A stretch of DNA of 5,619 bases. It comes from Amoeboradix gromovi X-113. Its lineage: Eukaryota; Fungi; Sanchytriomycota. The notes under the pieces were generated by a model, which was given only the letters and a program-made list of their open reading frames with translations, had not been told where the DNA came from and ran no database searches. Of this stretch, positions 1 through 5,619 are shown in pieces (within the stretch, counting starts at the first letter, position 1; every line of letters starts with the position of its first letter). Location: the NCBI GenBank assembly GCA_018985225.1, contig JADGIF010000641.1:1-5619 (forward strand). The letters are read 5' to 3'. The position numbers and the translations under genes are program-made.

Positions 1-46
1 TGTGGAAATTCTCGATTTCTCGGAAATCAGGTCTTTTAAAAAGGAG
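1..46 (+). repeat. Left copy of a 46-bp inverted repeat (partner at 5429-5474); may continue beyond the window edge
   Basis: 1-46 TGTGGAAATTCTCGATTTCTCGGAAATCAGGTCTTTTAAAAAGGAG vs reverse complement of 5429-5474 TGTGGAAATTCTCGATTTCTTGGAAATCAGGAATTTTAATAAGGAG: 42/46 identical, first 20 nt perfect, with weaker gapped similarity to about position 64. Confidence 0.95.
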
Positions 47-267
47 TAATTTCAATATATTAAAAGTTATTCTGGCATGGATGAACTTTGAAATAGCAAC
101 TACTGATTTAACAAACTTACTTTGGATTCCGATAACAAATGGTCTTTGCGAAATTAGCTGGAATTCAATGTTTTTGTTATTATACAACGACTGAGTTTGT
201 CTAAAAAACCAACGTAATCAAAGACCTGATTTGGGACTTGAACTTATTTACTGAAAGTCTCATAACG

Positions 268-951
268 CTATTTTACCATGTTTTGAATGGTTTCCCAGAA
301 ATAGTCACTGGAATAACTACCGATTCTTATAATTTGACCAATGCTTGTGTTTCTAAACTTCACGTATGATGTGGTTATACTTAATTCTTTTGAATATATG
401 GTTTGAAAAGATTTGTGATAATTAATCAGAATTAGAGTTCCTTGGGCAACAAATGGTCTAAAATTTATGTTTTTCGGGTCTAAGAATGTCTTTTCAAGTA
501 GAACGAGCTTTTTCTCATAAAATAAATAACATTTGTTCGCCAAACTGGTAAAGTCGTATGACTCTTTCATATGTATTCTTCCGACTACAAAACTATCCAA
601 AAATACAAGAGAAGAGTTGGAATCCATATTGACCACAGTGCACTGCTGCAATTTTGAAAGCCTTCCAAGAATTAATGGATGAGGCACATGGTGGAATACA
701 GAACTTACAAGGTTAATGTTCATATTTACAACTGTGCCAGTCGTAGTAAGCTCTAATACCATAGTATATCCTAGTGTACTCAATGTAGCATTTGATTTAA
801 TAATCTCAATGTTAATTTCGATTTTATCATTACCTAAGTATCCTGAATATGAAGATAATACTACTTCAATAGGCTTCATTCTATAAATTAATGCCTTTAA
901 CGGAAATTTGAAATCATGCTGTATTATTTCGTTGTTGTGTATCTTGAGCAT
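268..951 (-). CDS. ureD: Divergent urease accessory protein UreD/UreH (fungal Ure4-like), 227 aa
   Basis: Motifs in the UreD order: FPLK (YPLK), SYSGYLGNDKIEINIEI (YGGGLVGGDxIxLxVxV), LSTLGYT (LTTQxxTK), VPHPLI (LPDPxx), QCTVVNMDSNSSLVFLDSFVVGRIHMKESYDF (QxxxFxLxxxASLxxxDWxxxGRxxxGExWxF), KLVLLEKTFL. Single uninterrupted ORF from ATG to TAG. Confidence 0.8.
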   Translation of the reverse strand: MLKIHNNEIIQHDFKFPLKALIYRMKPIEVVLSSYSGYLGNDKIEINIEIIKSNATLSTLGYTMVLELTTTGTVVNMNINLVSSVFHHVPHPLILGRLSKLQQCTVVNMDSNSSLVFLDSFVVGRIHMKESYDFTSLANKCYLFYEKKLVLLEKTFLDPKNINFRPFVAQGTLILINYHKSFQTIYSKELSITTSYVKFRNTSIGQIIRIGSYSSDYFWETIQNMVK

Positions 952-995
952 TCAATATTTGGTTTCTAAAATAAAATCATAATTGATACGAAACA
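952..995. promoter_or_regulatory. 44-bp AT-rich spacer between head-to-head start codons (putative bidirectional promoter region)
   Basis: ureD ATG at 951 (-) and thiolase ATG at 996 (+) diverge. The spacer has an AT-rich core flanked by inverted GTTTC/GAAAC. Promoter function is inferred from position only. Confidence 0.5.
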
Positions 996-2153
996 ATGCA
1001 ACGGGTGTTCATTTTATCAGCAAGTAGAACACCAATTGGAAGCTTTAACGGAAGTCTTAAAAGTAAATCCGCGGTTGAGCTCGGAGTTATAGCAGCCACG
1101 AGTGCCATCAAGTCATCCAAAATTCAAGCATCAGATATCCAAGATGCCTATATTGGACATGTGCTTTCAGGCAACACTAAGCAGGCGCCAGCCAGGCAAG
1201 TAGTCCTGGGTAGTAAACTGCCAACTTCAACAGAAGCTACAGGTATAAACAAAGTCTGTGCAAGCGGTTTAAAAGCTGTTACAATCGGTGCACAACAAAT
1301 AATGACTGGCGTTCGCGATGTTGTTTTGGTCGGTGGAATGGAGAGTATGTCAAATGTGCCTTACTATGTCAATCGTCAACTGAAGTATGGCCACTCTGAA
1401 TTAATAGATGGTGTGCTTGGTGATGGATTAACCGATGTTTATAACAAATTCCACATGGGAAATTGTGGCGAAAATACAGCAAAACAGTTGAAAATTACTA
1501 GACAGGATCAAGATGAGTTTGCAATAAATAGTTATACAAAGGCGACGAAAGCATGGAAATCAGGCTTTTTTAGTAAAGAGATTGCACCAGTTGAAATAAA
1601 GAGTCGAAAAGGTTCAACTCTTGTTTCTGAGGATGAGGAATACCGTAACTTCAATCCAGAGAAGATGAATGCGCTAAAAAGTGCCTTTATAAAGGATGGC
1701 ACAATAACCGCCGCCAATGCTTCAAAACTTAATGATGGAGCATCTGCACTGATTATCGCCAGTGAATCCTACGTTAGCAAACACTCTTTAAAACCTTTAG
1801 CTGAAATCATAGGGTTTAGTGACGGTGCAGTAGCACCAATAGATTTTCCGATCGCGCCGAGTGTTGCTGTTCCATTATCATTAAAACGTGCCAATATAAA
1901 ATCCGAACAAATAGACCATTGGGAGATCAATGAGGCGTTTAGCTGTGTCGTACTGGCTAATGCCAAACTGTTAAAACTAGATTTGAATAAAGTCAATCCA
2001 TTTGGTGGTGCTGTTAGTCTGGGGCATCCCATTGGAAGTAGTGGATCCCGTATTTTGACTACTCTAGTACATGGTTTGAAGGGCGAATATGGCTGTGCAA
2101 GCATCTGTAATGGTGGCGGTGCAGCAACCAGCTTAGTAATCAAAAAGATTTAG
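996..2153 (+). CDS. ERG10: Acetyl-CoA C-acetyltransferase (biosynthetic thiolase, ERG10/ACAT1 type), 385 aa
   Basis: RTPIGSF N-terminus, NKVCASG (catalytic Cys), GGMESMSNVPY, NEAF, GHPIGSSG (catalytic His), CNGGG (second Cys; CNGGG typical of eukaryotic Erg10/T2 thiolases). No N-terminal extension. Confidence 0.96.
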   Translation: MQRVFILSASRTPIGSFNGSLKSKSAVELGVIAATSAIKSSKIQASDIQDAYIGHVLSGNTKQAPARQVVLGSKLPTSTEATGINKVCASGLKAVTIGAQQIMTGVRDVVLVGGMESMSNVPYYVNRQLKYGHSELIDGVLGDGLTDVYNKFHMGNCGENTAKQLKITRQDQDEFAINSYTKATKAWKSGFFSKEIAPVEIKSRKGSTLVSEDEEYRNFNPEKMNALKSAFIKDGTITAANASKLNDGASALIIASESYVSKHSLKPLAEIIGFSDGAVAPIDFPIAPSVAVPLSLKRANIKSEQIDHWEINEAFSCVVLANAKLLKLDLNKVNPFGGAVSLGHPIGSSGSRILTTLVHGLKGEYGCASICNGGGAATSLVIKKI

Positions 2154-2166
2154 TAAACAAAACTGA

Positions 2167-3369
2167 TTAATAACACGATTTCAATTTATTTAACTTGAGT
2201 TCAACTCGCTGTTTTATCGCGGCACTTACTTCTAGTAATCCTTTTTCATACTGCTGCTTCTCTTTCCGAGTAACCAGAATAGCGTTTGTGAATGAAAGTG
2301 GAAGATCTAAATTCAACCTACTAAGAAATAAACTTGTAGACTGTCCGCTGATTATGGACCTACAGCAAAACACCTCTTCATACAAGTATACAAAATCATT
2401 AAAGGTAATATATGTTTGGTTATTTGTCTTTTTACGTTCTTCTTTGAGTATCTCATTGTACAGCTTGTTAAGTGTTGATTTCTGAAATCTTTTGGGAATC
2501 GGTTCAAATTCTAAATTACACAATTTAGATAACACGAATAGGGACAGCGCATTTCCAAACATAGCTGGCAGCGGGCCTAGAACGGGCAAAATCCTGCATC
2601 GAAAATTAGGAACGACGCTAAGATCTTTTATTTCGTCAAGTGATGTGTCCGGGGAAAATTCTTCTAGGCCAGTTGAATTTAATTCAGTACTAAAAATGAC
2701 ATCTAAACGATAGATACCTCGTTTCTTAAGTTTTTGACGAATAGCTTTTGATAAAGGGTCAGCTACAGTCTCGCTTATATCGGCTATTTTAACTTTTGAC
2801 GCATCGCATTTGCCACCAGCACCCATGGAGCTAATTATTGGAATGTTTCTATCTAAACACGTTTCTATTAGATGCAATTTTGTGTCCTTGTTATCTATGC
2901 AATCGACTACATAGGATATATCACCACTAAGTACTTCATCGCAGGATTCAGTATCGTAAAGTTTATTAATGATTTCTATCTCTACAAATGGGCAAATCTC
3001 TAGCAAATGTTGTTTAAGCACTTTGCACTTGGAGTGGCCCACATCATTTAAAGTTCCAACTGCGTGTCTGTTTAAACTAGATAAAGTCAACAAATCGAAA
3101 TCTACTATTCGGATTCGCCGTACTCCGCTTCTAGCAAGTGAGTGGACGCAATTACTACCCACTCCTCCAACACCAACCACAACTACCAGTGCAGTTTCCA
3201 GTGGTGTTATATCAGTGAACTTACTGTTTCTGCTTAAAAACTCGTCAATTAGTTCTCGTGGCAAATTTTGCTTTTCTTTTTTATTGACCTTATCTGTAAG
3301 ATTTAAATAGTAGAACGCCATTAATGCGCCCAGCGCTGCGCTGCTAACCGCGATAGCAATGTCTTTCAT
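2167..3369 (-). CDS. TCD2: tRNA threonylcarbamoyladenosine dehydratase (ThiF/E1-like; TcdA/CsdL, fungal Tcd1/Tcd2 type), 400 aa
   Basis: Hydrophobic N-terminal anchor (IAIAVSSAALGALMAFYYL), VVVGVGGVGS nucleotide-binding loop, RIVDFDLLTLSSLNRHA, YVVDCIDN, SSMGAGGKCD, DPLSKAIRQKL, FRCRILPVLGPLPAMFG and a C-terminal extension, as in yeast Tcd1/Tcd2. TCD1 vs TCD2 orthology cannot be resolved here. Confidence 0.92.
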   Translation of the reverse strand: MKDIAIAVSSAALGALMAFYYLNLTDKVNKKEKQNLPRELIDEFLSRNSKFTDITPLETALVVVVGVGGVGSNCVHSLARSGVRRIRIVDFDLLTLSSLNRHAVGTLNDVGHSKCKVLKQHLLEICPFVEIEIINKLYDTESCDEVLSGDISYVVDCIDNKDTKLHLIETCLDRNIPIISSMGAGGKCDASKVKIADISETVADPLSKAIRQKLKKRGIYRLDVIFSTELNSTGLEEFSPDTSLDEIKDLSVVPNFRCRILPVLGPLPAMFGNALSLFVLSKLCNLEFEPIPKRFQKSTLNKLYNEILKEERKKTNNQTYITFNDFVYLYEEVFCCRSIISGQSTSLFLSRLNLDLPLSFTNAILVTRKEKQQYEKGLLEVSAAIKQRVELKLNKLKSCY

Positions 3370-3450
3370 TGGTTATGTTTTACCCTTTGACACACTCTAC
3401 TTCTACTAAAACCTTTGAGATCATACGACACACATTCTAAATACGACTAG

Positions 3451-3478
3451 ACAAACTTTTTAGAACAAACTTCTTAAA
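3451..3478. repeat. Imperfect 14-bp tandem duplication upstream of TCD
   Basis: ACAAACTTTTTAGA followed directly by ACAAACTTCTTAAA (12/14 identical). Confidence 0.55.
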
Positions 3479-4302
3479 ATGTAGAACGGCCCAAGTAGAA
3501 ATATCTCTTATTATATCAGCAATACTTCATGCGACAATTCTCTGTTACCGTTCCTCTTCTCTGAGACCCAGATCAATTACAATTTATCAGCAGACATTCT
3601 GTTGGTGTGGATATGATGACTGCTTTATTCCCTGTAATGCAGCTCGGTAAAACTAATTTGTGACTGCTTTTGGTTTACTTTTCACTTGTAGCATATCCTC
3701 AGTAGTGCAATCTCCTGATGCCTTTGTGTTTGTTTCTTTGCCAGTGGCAGATTGATTATGTAGTTAAGTAATAGCCTAATTGTGCAATTTGCAGTATTAA
3801 ATAAATTTATTTGTGTTAACTTTGTGGAAACCATTGGGACACCCGATATAAAAACTAGACCAAGTCGTTTTTAAAGGAGCTGCTCCATAAGGAGGAATAC
3901 TATTATTAATAAAAGTCCTTCTTCTTTCATTAATTTAATTCCTCTCTTGTTTCTAAGATTCTGATGGATCAAAAGCTTTTATACTAAAATAATCTACTTG
4001 AACAGATTAATTGAATTTAATTTATTATCGGTTAATACACACTTGAAATAATGATTCAAACTACTTCAGAAAGTTAGTCTGGTTTCTATGTTTGATGTCC
4101 CAGTTGTTTTGAAAAAGATATCTCGTTATTCTCGCTGCTTAATTTATTGATATTATTCACAGCTGATAACCTCGTACATGCAACAGGGACACTTATTTGC
4201 CAAGCTTTGCTGCCAAGATCTCGTATATTTGGCCTAACACAAGACAAGTAGTGATTGGAGTACAAAACTACAAATAGTGAGATGCTGAAATTCTCACGCT
4301 AA

Positions 4303-4797
4303 ATGATACTATTTCTTTTCTTTTACTTAGTCACTGCAAGAAACAAACCTGTAAAGGGCGTGTATGTGACATTTTACGGTTTCGATGATAATGACAACGG
4401 CATGGGAACTTATGCAGTAAACACAATCTCAGACCCAAAGATTCATAAAGTGGCGACGGAGGACTTAGGAACTTGGCAAAAGCCATCGACATTTGCTGCT
4501 GATGAAAAGTATAGGTTCACTAAGCCCGGTGAGCGTATTTATATTCCAAGATTAAAGAAATACTACATTATGGAAGATACTTGCGTCGAATGTACCGATG
4601 ACTTTGATTCATTTAGAAAACATAGAATTGACTTATTTATTGGTGGAAACACAAAGAGACAAGGCCGAAAGCTGATAAAATGCGAAGAAAAATATACATT
4701 AGATGCTTACACGGATATAATTATCCGAAATCCATCAAAGTTCTTGCCAGTGGATGTTACTCCGATATTCAAAAACGGGGTCTGTAAAAAACAATAA
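4303..4797 (+). CDS. Small secreted protein with a putative 3D (MltA-like, double-psi beta-barrel) domain, 164 aa
   Basis: Short signal-peptide-like start MILFLFFYLVTA; VTFYG; FAAD; PGERIYIP; YYIMEDT; RIDLFIG. These match the 3D-domain pattern TxY...AVD...PxGxxVYIP...AxDTG...RIDxF. Four Cys. The ORF is clear; the domain call is by motif recognition. Confidence 0.75.
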   Translation: MILFLFFYLVTARNKPVKGVYVTFYGFDDNDNGMGTYAVNTISDPKIHKVATEDLGTWQKPSTFAADEKYRFTKPGERIYIPRLKKYYIMEDTCVECTDDFDSFRKHRIDLFIGGNTKRQGRKLIKCEEKYTLDAYTDIIIRNPSKFLPVDVTPIFKNGVCKKQ

Positions 4798-4829
4798 ATC
4801 CTATTAACATAGTTTCTTATTTGTCCCCA

Positions 4830-5405
4830 ATGTTAGAACATCCGACTTCGTCAACACTTTTTCATTTACATTTCAGTGCATTGTCTAATATGTTCAACCA
4901 TGCTTCTCAGAGTAATCCAGCTATTGGACTTGCAATCGGAGCAATTAATATTGAAGATACAATTCAAAGCAATTTTCCAATGGATTACAGTCTACTTGGG
5001 CAGTTTATAAAATTGAAAGGTAAGAATGTTTTGGGATGGTATGGCTATAAAGTTCCGGCGGAACATCAGTATAAAATTCACAAGCAGTTAGAAAGCACTG
5101 CGAAAAAATCTCTAGTTTTTGTTGATGTAGAGAAACTTTGTGTTTATAGAGTCAAGGTTAAAGATACTCTAATATTAGAGCCATTAGAATACAAAGTATT
5201 GACTGGGAACAATGAATTAGTCAACATGGTCAAACTGGCAGCTTTACACGGGAATTCTTGGTCCAATGCGAAAGATGTTGGACATAGGCAGTTGTCGGAT
5301 ATGATAAATTACCTGACAGTTATTGAAAAATCATTGAGTGCCGTAGATAAGCTCACTTATCATAGAATTTACAAACTGATTTGCCAAATGGTTAATTCTC
5401 AATAA
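4830..5405 (+). CDS. Divergent non-catalytic MPN-domain protein (CSN6/eIF3f/Rpn8-like), 191 aa from the first ATG
   Basis: FHLHFSALSNMFNH (VxLHPLVLLNISDH), AIGLAIG (VIGxLLG), IQSNF (ITNSF), NVLGWY (xxLGWY). No HxHx7Sx2D JAMM motif. Start placed at ATG 4830 rather than the track's TTG at 4821. Confidence 0.65.
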   Translation: MLEHPTSSTLFHLHFSALSNMFNHASQSNPAIGLAIGAINIEDTIQSNFPMDYSLLGQFIKLKGKNVLGWYGYKVPAEHQYKIHKQLESTAKKSLVFVDVEKLCVYRVKVKDTLILEPLEYKVLTGNNELVNMVKLAALHGNSWSNAKDVGHRQLSDMINYLTVIEKSLSAVDKLTYHRIYKLICQMVNSQ

Positions 5406-5407
5406 AG

Positions 5408-5617
5408 TTATTTACTATAATAATTTAGCTCCTTATTAAAATTCCTGATTTCCAAGAAATCGAGAATTTCCACAGAGAAACTAGCAATGCTAAATGCTCC
5501 GTTACAATGATTGCTCAGGCTTTGACTACCCTGAGGCGGGATTGAATTAGTATGTATATACTTGATGTATGTGTTCCCTGCTGCCATATGGTCTCTATAT
5601 ATCTCCAAATAACAGTT
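5408..5617 (-). CDS. Probable 3' end of an unknown gene entering from the right edge
   Basis: Frame is open from the window edge (NCYLEIYRDHMAAG...VEILDFLEIRNFNKELNYYSK*). Its stop lies 2 bp from the MPN gene stop, consistent with local tight packing. No recognisable domain. Confidence 0.4.
   Translation of the reverse strand, partial: NCYLEIYRDHMAAGNTYIKYIHTNSIPPQGSQSLSNHCNGAFSIASFSVEILDFLEIRNFNKELNYYSK
5429..5474 (-). repeat. Right copy of the 46-bp inverted repeat
   Basis: Reverse complement matches 1-46 at 42/46 positions and ends ...TTTCCACA. Lies within the 3' part of the 5408-5617 frame. Confidence 0.95.
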
Positions 5618-5619
5618 GG

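Noticed and set aside
3-194. Open frame 3 from the left edge (63 codons, internal ATG at 81 giving 37 aa)
   Set aside because: No recognisable product; the equivalent frame in the right repeat copy is interrupted by stops. Cannot be judged without upstream sequence.
1532-2143. Minus-strand ORFs 1532-1717 and 1769-2143
   Set aside because: Antisense shadows lying wholly inside the well-supported thiolase gene, with no recognisable motifs.
2195-3310. Plus-strand ORFs 2195-2485, 2492-2713 and 2969-3310
   Set aside because: Antisense shadows of TCD. The PTPPTPTTTT run is simply the reverse complement of VVVVGVGGVG.
3695-3775. Minus-strand ATTGCACT resembling the U1 snRNA loop II
   Set aside because: No ACTTACCTG 5' end, no U1-70K loop and no Sm site at the expected spacing.
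3884-3904. Minus-strand peptide NSIPPYG resembling NSIPPQG in the 5408-5617 ORF
   Set aside because: Too short, flanks do not align convincingly, and the Ser codons belong to different families (AGT vs TCA). Probably chance.
4189-4206. Minus-strand peptide SLANKC identical to a hexapeptide in UreD
   Set aside because: Lies in a short stop-bounded frame and similarity does not extend convincingly, so there is no support for a ureD pseudogene.
4277-4297. Hairpin GTGAGA-N9-TCTCAC just before the 3D gene start, overlapping a GAAATTCTC 9-mer shared with the flanking repeat
   Set aside because: A 6-bp stem and a 9-mer match are expected by chance in AT-rich sequence.
268-5405. Idea that the five genes form a functional cluster or bacterial operon
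   Set aside because: Mixed orientations, unrelated functions and eukaryote-type proteins; adjacency is explained by genome compaction.
268-5405. Alternative genetic code (TAA/TAG read as Gln)
   Set aside because: Conserved genes have no internal TAA/TAG, and the thiolase ends at TAG where homologues end.

Overview
AT-rich, extremely gene-dense and apparently intron-free segment. It most resembles a compact genome of a fungus or fungal relative (inference from the ERG10/ACAT1-type thiolase, the fungal-type membrane-anchored Tcd1/2 and the eukaryotic MPN protein; the lineage cannot be fixed from the sequence alone). Gene order: divergent urease accessory protein UreD (-), acetyl-CoA acetyltransferase (+), tRNA ct6A dehydratase TCD1/2 (-), a 933-bp gap without an obvious gene, a small secreted protein with a bacterial-type 3D/MltA-like domain (+), a short non-catalytic MPN (CSN6/eIF3f/Rpn8-like) protein (+), and the probable 3' end of an unknown ORF (-). 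Two observations stand out. First, a 46-bp inverted repeat (1-46 vs 5429-5474, 42/46 identical, TG...CA ends) brackets all five complete genes. Second, the secreted 3D-domain protein keeps all three MltA-type aspartates and may be a horizontally acquired peptidoglycan-lytic enzyme.
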